Assembly (NCBI GenBank): GCA_951406725.2
Contig: OX597824.1
Span: 34,100,001 to 34,164,000, forward strand
From: Octopus vulgaris
Taxonomy: Eukaryota
Reading direction: 5' to 3'
DNA length: 64,000 nt
The notes beneath the pieces were generated by a model. It saw only the letters and a program-made list of their open reading frames with translations. It was not told where the DNA came from and did not search any database. Each line of letters starts with the position of its first letter. The first letter of the stretch is position 1. Below are positions 51,066 through 63,400 of this stretch, one piece after another. The translations under genes and the position numbers were made by a program.

Positions 51066-53318
51066 GCTTTGAGTAAACATCAATCCACTTACAGAAAGCA
51101 ACATGAAGTGGGTATACGACATGAAGAACGATTTCTTCAGGAGACCCTTTCTTTGGAAGACCAGTACCGGGGTACCATTGGTGAGCTTGAAACTGAGCTT
51201 AAATCTATCAAAGCTGCTTATGATCGCATCACATGTGAAAATGAGCGGCTCAATGCATTGGTTAATGAGAGTCAGCAACAAATGGAAGCTTTAGAACTTC
51301 AACGTAAACAACTGAGAAATGAAATAAAAGAATATAAGGTTCGAGAAAATCGTAACCTTGCTGATTATGCTGAACTGGAGGATGAAAATATAAACCTTCA
51401 GAAACAGTTGTCTCAGTTGCGACAAAGTCAGGTGGACTATGAAGCTTTAAAACATGAAAAAAGAGCTCTTCAAGAGGAAACAGATGATTTAAATACAGAG
51501 TTAGAGGAAACGAAAAATCTTAAAAAAATTATAGAAAGAAATCTTGAAGAGGCTCTGAATTCTCTCCAGCAAGAAAGAGAGCAAAAACACATGTTAAAGA
51601 AGGAGCTTGATCACCATTTAACACGTGAGTCTATGTTCAATTTAAGTAATTTGGCTCACATTGGTGGCTTGAGTGATGGACTTAAATTTAGCAATAACCA
51701 TGATCTTAATCTTAACAGTAGTCATCGAGAAACTAATGATGATGAAAGTGAATCTCAAGATCACCCTGCACTTAAGCGATTAGAAGCAGACTTTGTACAA
51801 CCTCAAAAAGAAAGTATTATTCCTAAGCCTGCCCCAGCCAGTGTTAATGATTTACTTAGTGAAATCCATATGACTGAAGTACAGAAATTACAGCAGCTAC
51901 TTGACCAGAGTGAGAGTGAGAAAATGGAACTTCAGAAAGGTTTGGATGAAGCTCAAAAGATAATGCAAGATACTCAGAAAGATCTTGTTGAACAGAAAGA
52001 ACGGGCTGCTCAACTGAAGTCACACATGAGTGCAATAGCAAATATTAGTGAAGCCGATATTACTTTATCTGAAGGAGAACTTACTGAAGAAGATATTGCT
52101 GAGATTCAGAATGAAACTGACCAAGAAAAGAAAGAACTTCTGCTCTTAAAGCATAACTACAGAATTAACGAAAAGAATTATACTGCAGCCTTGAAACAAA
52201 TTAGTAATTTGCAAGCAGAAATTTCTTGTCTTCAAGAAAGAATACAAATCGCTGACAGTAACAAATCAATTGATCCTGAGGTGAAGGAGAAATTATCTAG
52301 CCTTAATGAAACTGTCATGGAATATGAAGAAACAATAAAAAGTTTACAGAAGGAACTGTCTGGAATGACTGACTCGGCAGACAGTGCCCAAGGTAAACTG
52401 AGTGTTACCCAAGATCAATTGGTTCATATTACAGAGGAGATGGCTCAGCTCTATCACTTGGTTTGTGAAGTCAATGGTGAGCTACCAAGCAGAGTTATGC
52501 TTGATCATGCCAAAAGTGCAGCACAGATGTCTCGACCAGATAATGTACGAGAAGGAAGTGAGGAGAAAGCTGAAGCCTCTCAAAAGACGAATGAAGTAAA
52601 TAATGTAGAAAATGCTGAAACTGGTTCACAAGCTCAAAAGAAAACAAAAGACCTTGTCAGCCAGGATTTGAAGGGAGCAGGAGATCCTACCTCTTGTGGA
52701 AAGTTAGTCGAAACTGTTTTGGACCAAATAAAGTATTTGAGGCGTGCTGTTGACCATCTGCTAGTGACTAGGCAGCGAGAGAGTGGAGATAATGAAAACA
52801 CTGATGTTAAAGAACTACAAGAACAGATAGTGAAACTGAAAGCTATGTTATCAACCAAACGTGAACAAATTGCTACTTTACGTAGTGTATTAAAAGCAAA
52901 TAAATCCACTGCTGAGATCGCCTTAGCTAATTTGAAACAGAAGTATGAGAATGAGAAAGTAATAGTAACAGACACTATGATGAAGTTAAGAAATGAACTG
53001 AAGGCACTTAAAGAAGATGCTGCAACATTTGCTTCCTTACGTGCCATGTTTGCGCAGCGCTGTGATGAGTATGTGACTCAGCTTGATGAAATGCAAAGGC
53101 AGCTTGTTGCTGCAGAGGAGGAGAAAAAGACTTTAAATTCCTTACTTCGTATGGCGATACAACAAAAATTAGTACTAACACAGCGGTTGGAAGATTTGGA
53201 ATTTGACCGAGAGCGCCGTAACATGCGAAGGCAGGGCCGTAGCAAGATTGGTCCCACCAAAGTAAGTTACTACGCTCCATATGAAGAATTTGGTCGAAGG
53301 CAAAAGAGAGACTATTAA
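51066..53318 (+). CDS. BicD: Bicaudal D, coding exon 2 (to stop TAA; alternative donor after 53261)
   Basis: A polypyrimidine tract and TTTAG acceptor precede 51066 in phase 0. Motifs include DYAELEDENINLQKQ, DLLSEI, QLYHLVCEVNGELPSRVMLDH and the conserved cargo-binding end LSTKREQIATLRSVLKANKSTAEIALANLKQKY...LKEDAATFASLRAMFAQRC...LNSLLRMAIQQKLVLTQRLEDLE. The joined product is 836 aa. Confidence 0.95.
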   Translation, partial: ALSKHQSTYRKQHEVGIRHEERFLQETLSLEDQYRGTIGELETELKSIKAAYDRITCENERLNALVNESQQQMEALELQRKQLRNEIKEYKVRENRNLADYAELEDENINLQKQLSQLRQSQVDYEALKHEKRALQEETDDLNTELEETKNLKKIIERNLEEALNSLQQEREQKHMLKKELDHHLTRESMFNLSNLAHIGGLSDGLKFSNNHDLNLNSSHRETNDDESESQDHPALKRLEADFVQPQKESIIPKPAPASVNDLLSEIHMTEVQKLQQLLDQSESEKMELQKGLDEAQKIMQDTQKDLVEQKERAAQLKSHMSAIANISEADITLSEGELTEEDIAEIQNETDQEKKELLLLKHNYRINEKNYTAALKQISNLQAEISCLQERIQIADSNKSIDPEVKEKLSSLNETVMEYEETIKSLQKELSGMTDSADSAQGKLSVTQDQLVHITEEMAQLYHLVCEVNGELPSRVMLDHAKSAAQMSRPDNVREGSEEKAEASQKTNEVNNVENAETGSQAQKKTKDLVSQDLKGAGDPTSCGKLVETVLDQIKYLRRAVDHLLVTRQRESGDNENTDVKELQEQIVKLKAMLSTKREQIATLRSVLKANKSTAEIALANLKQKYENEKVIVTDTMMKLRNELKALKEDAATFASLRAMFAQRCDEYVTQLDEMQRQLVAAEEEKKTLNSLLRMAIQQKLVLTQRLEDLEFDRERRNMRRQGRSKIGPTKVSYYAPYEEFGRRQKRDY

Positions 53319-56300
53319 ACTAGGTGACTAGTCCTGTGGACCCGGAGAACCGGGTAAGTCAGGGGGGCTAATGTGCTTACCTAAATGGGGAATGCAGCTG
53401 CTATCATTAATCTTTCCCTGCTTTGTTCTCTTTGATGTGTTTCCCTATTTCTTAAACATATCTAAATATTTCTGGGTGAATGGGTATACATGCATGCTTG
53501 TATATGTAATGTTTGAAGCTAGTCACTTTATTTTTTACACAAATCCATTATTCAGCTGGTCAGCAATTTAAGTTTTACCTTTAATTTCTGTTATGTGGTG
53601 GTATTTTTTGAATGCTTTTTTGGATGTTATGTTTCGAATAAGAAAAAATTTAGTTGGTACTTTGATATTTTGGTGATTATATTTTTCCTTGTAGAAGTGA
53701 AGGAATATGTTCTGTTAGAATTAAAATTGGTCCAAAATAGGATGTCTTGAGAGAAATGTAGCTGGAACATGGATAATTTTTCCTTGAATAACACAAGGTT
53801 TCTGAACAAAGTGTGCTTATAAGTAAAAGCTAGTAAAAGGTTGACTGTAGTGATATAAGGCACTTGAGAATTTGAAGACAATAAAAAGTTGCAGATTTTC
53901 AAGGAAAGCTTCTGAGATGTCAGAATATTAGAATAGATTAATAGTGCATTAGTTTCTTAGTTAATCATTTATTTCTTCAAATAGTTTAGAAACGTTATTC
54001 TCACTGACTAATATACCAGCTTGAATAACTTTTCAGAGATATCTGGACATGACCTAAGAGGTTCTCAACTAAAGTTAAATCGTACTTTATTCATGTGGTT
54101 TAATAAACGATTATACTGTAAAATTGATCAGTCTCAAAACTGCTTCAGAACATTTTGGGATTCAACCATTATCCTTCACTGAATATATCATCTTCCCTGA
54201 CTTTACATCCAAGTTTTTCAGCAGTTTTTATTCAGTGTCTAACACCATGTTTTTAAAATCATAAATCTGAGTTAGAATGTTCTTTGAGACTCAGCTAATC
54301 AGGCTATGAAGGGAGAAGAATATTACAATAAAGCTACAAGATAGTGTAACTTTAGATAATAGAAGTGTACTCAGCTGAATACAAATAGATTAACAAATTG
54401 ATCCTCATAGATTTAAGAACTACAAAAAGAATTTGGCTGTTGAATGTGTTGCTTTAAAAAAACAACTTCAATATGAATGAACTGTCTGCTGCCATCTCAT
54501 TCCATTTATCTATCTCATCCTGCCTCTCACTGCATCCAACATATTGTCTCCTGTTATGCTCCTTGCCTTTTAACACAAAAAAAAATCTTTTTTTATAACA
54601 TATTCCATGTTTTAGAGGGGTTTTTCCCCAAAAACTTAAATTGTGTCTAGTTGGTATTTATCCTCCGGACACTTCAAATTATTTTTTTAAAATCATCTGA
54701 TATGAGGTACTTAGGAAGGTTGAGAGTAGCAATTGGAGAGTAATAACACTTTGGGTATGTTTCAGTGTGTGTGTGGGGGGGGTTAATTTGGCAGGGATAT
54801 TATGTGTGAATTTATAAAGGAACACTATCAAAATTATTAGCAAAATATATGCAGGGCTAAGCTGGTTATCAACATATAATATGCTAACGATAGCTATTGG
54901 TTGATGTTAATTTGGTGTAAGCTTTGGTTTGGATGTGTAGTAATGAAATCTTACAATAGAGGGATCAGTCATAGAAATATTAGCCCTCACAAATTCTCCA
55001 GTCTTGTGGCAGATTTATATGGAAAAACAGGTAATGTCATTATTATATTGACAGTTATATTCCTTTTGTATTAAAAAAAAGTGGTAGGGGTCTGCAGTTG
55101 GATTCCCTTCTAACATTGCCAAATGTTTCCACCTCCCCACCCTCAAGTTATTACAAGAAAGTTATACAAGAAATTTACTTCCAGTTTCTGATTTATTCCA
55201 GTTTTTAATCGATTCACTTTTGGATTTATAATTAAGAACCAGTGTTTTAAATTTGCTTAAAAGTCCTCTTCTGCAGTCTATCAGATAATGTTTTCACAAG
55301 TGTCCTTTTTTTTTTTTTTTTTTTTTTTCTTCATATGTACAGCTTATCTGGGCCAGTCATTGCTTTTATGCTCTCTCTCTCTCTCTCTCACACATACATA
55401 TATAATGAAAGAGAGAGAGAATCGCTTTTATTTACTTCAAAAATTTAACTGGATTTCAAAACAAAGTTTAGTCATTGGGCTGAGCTCAAAGTATTTCTAA
55501 TAGTTGAACCATAATTTAAATGCATCTGTTTTAATCTCCCATACATTACACTTCATCAAGGGATATTCTATAATATTCAATGTGGTGGGATTCTAACTTT
55601 TAGTCAGTATATTATAAAACTCAGATCAGATTTATGATTAAAGAAGCAGTTTTAAGAATGTTAGGCGTTAAACAAATGACAATTTTTGAAAAACTTAGAT
55701 GCATTGTTAGGAAAGGTAGCATTTAGTGAGGATTAAGTCCAGAATATTGTAAGACAACTTAGATGTATGAATTTGCATTAAGCAAGCTCATTATATGAAA
55801 AAGAATTTATTAATAAAAGTATAAATGTACTTAAATCAAACCTTATGAAGTCCAGGTAAATTATTTTTCTAGTGAAAGTAACAATAATTATTGAATTTTA
55901 TTCAATGAAGAATTTAAATTTTCAGTGTGTACAGATAGTTTACTCTCTCTACAGTGTTAATCTTGTCCATTCTTGAAGATTCCTTGGTGTAGGAACTATT
56001 ATAGCCTATACCAAGTACTATGGAGAAGTTACCAACATGAATAATCTAATTTGTTCAGATAGTTTACTGCAAGTCTTTTCCAGGTGATATACCAGTTAAT
56101 GATTTTGGAGGTAGTGAGATATATATATATGCTGTAGAAGAATCTTACTAAGGGTTTTACTTATATATATGCTATAGAAGAATCTTACTAAGGGTTTTAC
56201 TTATTTGATGGACATACTATATGAATCAACTTAAAGAAGTATAGTGTTATAATTCTGAAACCTGGAACTGAATTCAGACTATTTACAAGAATTAGAGAAG

Positions 56301-58877
56301 TTTGAAGACGTTAGGTATTGCAAAGAGCTTGTGCTAAGTGTTGACCAAACTTCATCTCTCACCAACATAGAAAAATTGAAAATTTAAACATTTTGAAAGT
56401 GAACCCCTCTTCTATAAACACCTTATCTATAGACTAGGCTACTTAAAATATTGTAAATTATTGGAATTTAATGGTTGGTCAATATAAGGCTTGTATTGGA
56501 GTTTTCTATTTCTTTTCTGTTAATTTTCTATGCTTGCATTGGTAGCATGGTTTTTCACCAATCTTCATGTAAGTGTGATTACATACTCCTGCATCTAACT
56601 GACTCCTGCATCTTTTTATAGGGTGGGCTACAATGCCTGTAATTATAAGTTATTTGGTCATCTGGTCAGGAGTTCAGCACTTGACCTTCACAGCCATTAT
56701 CTCAATATTGGATTTGATCATGCTATTTCTTAAGTCTTGGAGAAGCATTTTCAAAAATCATGTACATGAGGGACAGCATTCGTAACGTGTTTAGCCTCTG
56801 GTAATCTGGGGGCAATGAAAGGAACACTCTCTGGTGATTGTTAGGCTAGAACAGTGACATGTAATACTTGGTATCTGGGTGAACATAGGACTGAGTGATG
56901 TTGGAGAGTGGTTTTGAGTACAGTGTGGAATGCAAAACGATGCCTAGTAAGTGTGATAGCTTTACATGGCAATATGACGTAGTTATCTTGAAGAGTGATA
57001 GTTCAGAAAGTTCTGCAAAATTTGTGAAGAACATGCTGGTGGCATGTAAAGAATGCCAGTCAAGCATGACTGATACCAGTGCCACCTGACTGGCACTTAA
57101 AAAGCACCCACTACACTCGGAGTGGTTGGCATTAGGAAGTGCGTCCAGCTGTAGAAACTTTGTCACATCGAATTGGAGCCTGGTGCAGCCTCTGGGCTTG
57201 CTGCTACTCAATGAAAACTGTTCAATCCATGCCAGCATGGAAAGTGGATGTTAAATAATGATGTTGGCATGAAAAAAGAAGACTCGCTTGCAATTCACTA
57301 TCTTAGACAGCTTATTTATATAGCTATCTCACAGGCATTGCATAGTTTGTGAGTTCCTTGAAATATTGTAGGCCATTTACTTCAACTCTACAGCTACACA
57401 AGCCGTTTTGAGGTTTGAAAGTTTTGGGCCTTTTCTGAAAGAGTATCACCTGCTCAGCAGTCTCATTCAGAATATAATCAGCAGAGCACTAACTTGAAGG
57501 CCTATAGTGTTATATTCTTCAATGAATTTAAATCTAAGGGGTTTCATACTGGAGCATCAATGCAATTCTTGTTTCTCCTTAATCCTCTTTCAAGATGGCT
57601 TCCAATCTGTTCTGAGCACATTTTATGCTTACCTCTGCTGGAGAGCTATATAAACAGCCTGGCAACTTACACAAGAGTTGTTGCCCCCTGCTTCTGTGTT
57701 CTTGTCGGTATATGGTGAAGAAAAGGTGAAAAAAGAACAGGTCCTGAATTTTTATATTCACTCTTCTTTGTGAACATGTCAAAACCAAAAGACTAACATG
57801 TGCAAAATGTTTACAAAGATAAACAATTTCTTGTTAAGACATAAGTATCATCATTAAAGTCCTTGTAAATACTGTCTGAAAATACAAATAGATTTACATT
57901 GGATAAATGTAATCATTGCTGGATGTGAAATAGTCAACAACTGCTTGTGATGGTTGCAAGATATACTGTTTGTAGTCCTGACAAATATTCCAGTTGGAAT
58001 CAAATGTTGGCATACACTCAGGAAATATGTTCACTGCAACAGGACAAGCGTTTATGGATTCTATTCTTATAAAGAATCCATTTTAATTTATTGGCTACCA
58101 TTTCATAAATACTCTTTACACAGCAATGTTTTGGCAATGCTTACATTTGCATAAGTTAATTCATTTGTTGTAGCTAAAACCATTAGTTTTGATAGAATAC
58201 ATTGTTTTCATAAAGTATTAACATTTTTTTTGTCAGTAATTAAGTAAAGGTTATTGTCATATATGTAATTGTCAAATAGATTAAGTTCTGACAGGAAGGT
58301 AATGGCCACAATTTAGACCTTTTAAATAACTTTGAAGTCAGTTTCAACTAAGATTTCTTTACTGACCCTGGTTCAGTCCGACAAAATTATTGAAGAAAAT
58401 GAGTGTTTAGTAACATGGTAAACAGGTCTCAACCAAGACCAATTGTCTCATTGGACATCATATCGGTGTTGATATACATGTTTGTGTATACACACACATG
58501 GGCTAAGGTGTTAAGTGGTTTGCTTGTCAACCACATTTTAGAATCAGTCCTACTTCATGGGACTTTGGCCTCTGACTAACCAAATCCTTGTGAGTCAAAG
58601 AAGTTCATATGTGTGTGTGTGTGTTGTCTTCATATAGCATGATAGTGAATGCATATCCTTGTTGCATAAACTATCATTCATGTCCAATGTAGTAATGAAA
58701 ACCTCTGATCAGTGGGAAATGTTACCTTGCTTGGAAACAAGTGAGGGTTAGTGACAGGAAGGGCATCCTGCTATAGGAAATCTGCCTCAGTAAACTTGAC
58801 CTGAGCCATGAAAGCATGGAAAAGTAGGCATTAAAACAGGATTAGACACACACACACACCTCATACATATCATTTTG

Positions 58878-59065
58878 TTTCCTGGAAGAACTGTCTGAAA
58901 CATTGAATTTTTCCACACACCAGGACAAATTCACTGAACTTTTTACAATTTTATTAAATAATGTAGGTCTTGCCAATGTAGACCCAACATCAGTCTGTTT
59001 TGGTTCTACTTGATTGTATGTATCTGTATAGATGTTTATGTGTTTGGATTGATAAGTGGAAGCAG

Positions 59066-59110
<45 letters not shown>

Positions 59111-59300
59111 TGCTTATATACATATCCTGTCAACGTTTCCCCGAAGAAGAACTGTCTAAAACATTGAATTTTTCCATTCACCAGGACAAATTCACTGAAT
59201 TTCTATCAATTTTATTAAATAATATAGGCCTTGCCATGGGTTCTATTTAATTGTATGTATCTGTGTAGATGTGTTTGGATTGATAAGTGGAAGCAGGTGT
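58878..59300 (+). repeat. Two tandem diverged copies of a ~170-200-bp element with decayed minimal HHR
   Basis: GAAGAACTGTCT(G/A)AAACATTGAATTTTTCCA...GGATTGATAAGTGGAAGCAGGTGT occurs at ~58885 and ~59146. Confidence 0.7.
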
Positions 59301-60380
59301 ATGTACATGTAAGTATGCATTTATGTGGATGTATGTGCACACACGGTATGTGTGTGTGATACAGGTGCTTGTATGTATTTATACATGTGTGTGTATAAGA
59401 TATGCCAATTAGTTAAATTTACAGTCGAAATACGCTGCTGTTTTTTTTTTGTTTTTTTTGTTTACAAACATACTGTGCATCTTGTATTCTGTGTGTGCAT
59501 ACATACACATGCACAGACACACATATGTGAATATATAGTTGAATCTCAAAAACTCCACTAAAATGTTCTAAACAGTCACATTTGAAGTGTGAAGAGTATA
59601 TTGATGACTGCATGTCATTAAAATAGGGTAGTAAGCATAGTCTTCATTGAAACATGTTAGTTATTCGGATTGGTGGCACGAGTACTTTTTTTTTTTTTTT
59701 ACACAAATTATATTAAAAAATTTTTTTATGCAACTATGATCGTATTTGGTAGTATAATTGAACCTTTTAACTTGTACCTTAATTCTTTGCTTCATTGTTC
59801 TATCATCTAGTCTGTTAACTGCATTAGATCAGTTTATGGAATACTTTTGCTAGTCTTATAGATGGATGTAGTTGAGTACAACCTTTCCCTCTGCAAAAGC
59901 AGATGTTATCCTCCTCTTCTTTATCATCTAACACTAACAACTTTTCTACATTATCTAAGCTGGTTTCCCTTACCTTCCCCGTGTTCAACACTTGCAAATA
60001 CAGATTCAAAATAACCAAGCCCAGTCTTGGATACTAACAGTCTTATTGCATGAGAAACTGTTAATCAAAACATCCTATTTTTTTTATCTATTTTCATGAG
60101 AGAATATAAAAATACCATATTTACTAGGGTTTCAGAATCTGAAAGGTTTTAGGTGAAGTGATTAAAATAATCAATAAACTAAAGGCGTTAATGATTCAAC
60201 TGATCAACTGGTGATATAATTTTATTTAATTACATGTATATAATTAACCATCTGCAGCTGCTTGGCATTAAACACTCATTCAAACACACACACACAAGTA
60301 AGCACATAGGTGCAAAACAAAAGTGAAGACAACAGTACTCGAATACCAAAGGTAGAGTAATGAACTGTTTTAATAAAACC

Positions 60381-60499
60381 GAAAAAAAAATCTTCACAAA
60401 CTATTACTCAGTCTCACTGATAATACTGAATCCAGTATTATCATAAGTGTCTAATAAATGGTCACATGAAACTCTGAGTAAGTTTGTGAAGATTTTTTC
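60381..60499. repeat. Imperfect inverted repeat with nested hairpin
   Basis: AAAAAATCTTCACAAACT-A-TTACTCAG / CTGAGTAA-GTTTGTGAAGATTTTTT enclose TGATAATACTG-AATC-CAGTATTATCA. Confidence 0.7.
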
Positions 60500-63400
60500 A
60501 GCATTAAGAGATATGGTATATCTATTTGCATTCATTTACTTTTTTTTTTTGCATGTTTATATATATTTTTTATATATTGTATTCACCAGAATGAAGATTG
60601 CACTTTATTTCAGCCCTTCAGTTAAAGAAAAAAAGAATCTTTAAAATATTTTGGAGTTGCACTTGAGTGACTTCATCCAAGAGTTTGTGTTCAAACTGAA
60701 GCACTTGTATTGTCATGAGAAACCTTTTAAAACACATACACCTTCCTATATTAAAGGCTTTTGTTTCATTTTGTAATACTATTTGTATTAAGTTTCTGTA
60801 TTTTATCTTGCATCAGTAACCTGGTCACTTGATGTTTTATTACAACCATATCAGTGATCAGGTCATCAATGTTTGACAAAAGAGACTTGATGGTATTTAA
60901 TATTACAAAATGAAACAAATCTGAATAAAGAATTTATCTGGTTTTCATGATTAACTAAATGCAGTTGTTTCTAATATAATTTAACTTCTGAATAAGCTGA
61001 ATGTTATTTAGGTAACATTTATTTTAGGATGATCATAGAATCTTGCAAAGAATTTTTGTTTTCAATATTTTAACTTTTATTTGTATTTCTTTTTCTTTTA
61101 TGATTGTCTATAATTATTGAAAATATTGGCATATTTTATTTATTTAAAAATTAAACAACCTTCATATTTTCCATATGATTTCTCTCTTTAAAAAAATATT
61201 AATTTGGTAATTTATCTCCTCTATACATTCTATCATAAATACAGTGCAATGATTGTGACACTGATTCCAAATTATTTCTTTTAAGAAATGTGTTAAGGCA
61301 GTACTAGATTGAGTTTGAAACTAGAAGTTTCATGTTAAAAATTATTACTGTATACTACTATAATACTGGCCAGCAACTTTTATGAATAATAGTATTTTGA
61401 GGTTGATCTAAAGCAGGCTCAAATGTTTATAAGCTTTCAATTCTGATTCAATGGTTTGCACCGGTTCTATTACTATAAAACTATAATAGCATACTTCCGG
61501 GAGTCAACAGGAAATGAGCAAAATTCTTTTAGTTGGATGTAAATTAATTGCCGTTCCTTCTCTCTCTCTCTCTCTCTCTTTCAATGCATTGAACTTGTCA
61601 TACAACAATTGAATGTAATTATTTTTCTCAGAAATGAGACTGATTGAAGAAATCAGATTAGGATTTTCAAACACTGGAAATATTTTGTATTCTGCTTTGA
61701 ATTTGTGCTACCTACATTATAACGTATCAGGAGAGAATATTTAGTTTATACATTGTAGTTGCTTAACTTAGAATACTATATTACAAAATCCTGTTGTATT
61801 TAAGCTTATATTTTTAGGTTTGGTTTAATGTGAAATCTTCATTTAACTTCAGTTTTCCTTGCTAGCATGGGTTGAATGGTTTGAGAGGAGCTGGCAAGTC
61901 CAGGAGCTGCACCAGGTTCCACAGTCTCTTTTGACATGGTTTCTACAGCCAGATGCCTTTCCTCACACCAGCCACTTTATAGTGTATTGGCTGCTTTTTA
62001 TGTATTACCAGCAGGATATATAAATTTTAGATCCATGCTTTCAAATTTGTAGCATAATTTATTACAGCTAAATGTCTCAAGCATGTTGGCTAGTAGGTAC
62101 TGCATTTGATGGTTTTTGAGATCCTTTTTCTCAAAGAAAATGTCTCCAAAAAAAAAAAAGTCTCCAAAAAAAAACAACCCCACCTATAGAGAAGCTGGGC
62201 CTATACTTCAGGCTTTAATGCTCTAAAACATTTAACTCCTGAGTAAGTGCTACTGAAATTGGGATGTCTAATATGCTCTTGCATTTTTTAAGCCATCAAA
62301 TACAATTAATTTTAAGTTACCCTGCCCTCATCCCATAGTTAAATGAACTTCAGCAAACCAATGTGAAAATGTTTAGATATCACCACCACCATTGCCACTC
62401 TTTTTCTACCATGTCTATATACATCAGTTTCTTTAGATTTACAGTTGAAACATTAACACTTATAATTCAATGAAGTAACCAGGGTTATTTTATTTCGGGC
62501 CTCTTTACAACATAGACTACAGGGTTGTTAGCTGTGATTGAAGGCTCCCATGGTTTGCTTTTAAAACATTTTTGTATTTTAGTCATTGGCATGGTTGGAT
62601 CTAGGTGTCCGTATTATTTTGATCATTCATTGTATCCTCAGTCAGCTATCAGGAATTAATTTTAGGAAAATATTTCACTTGCCAAATATCACTACTTGGA
62701 AGGAATATTTCTAAAATAAAGTAAGCTGAAATTACATTTGTTGTGTAGTTTTAATATTTCATGTTTTTTCCCCCTTCATATCTTAATATTTCTATACTTT
62801 TTCACCAATCATTTCACTCTTGTAGGACCATTCATTATCAAGATAAATTTGTCAGTCTGTTGACTCATTCTTTCACTGTTATGTTTATAAATTATTAGTA
62901 TGCTTAGTAATAATTGTGTGTCTATTTGTCTTATCTATTTTCTGCATGTTACTGCACAAGCCTGCTGCACCTCCCCAGTCCCCAAATAGTAATGGTGTGT
63001 TCTCCTTGAATATCATTGGTGTCCACAGGACTAGTATTTTTTTTTCTTTCTCAATTTACTGAAGTCTATTTATCAATTGTTTGTTCATTATCTCCATTCT
63101 AATTATGAGGATTTAAATTTATGTTGTGTAATGTCTGAATATTATTGTCATTGAGATCATATCCAAACCATCTACCATAAGCATTTTCTTTGAAGGAATT
63201 TTCTTTTTCTAGGCAGATTTCTCTACCATAATCAGTGTTTCTCATTTCATCTTTATATCCTGAGCTCTTCCAAACACCATTTTTTTTTTTTGTTTTTGTT
63301 TGTTGTATATTTGACAGATGTTAGAATGTGCTGGTGGTTGATTAGTACAAGTGACATTTTCAATGTTTTGTACTATTAATATTTTGAGGTAAGCTAGCCC

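Noticed and set aside
52634-53280. Antisense ORFs over BicD exon 2
   Set aside because: Shadow frames of the coiled-coil coding strand with no independent evidence.
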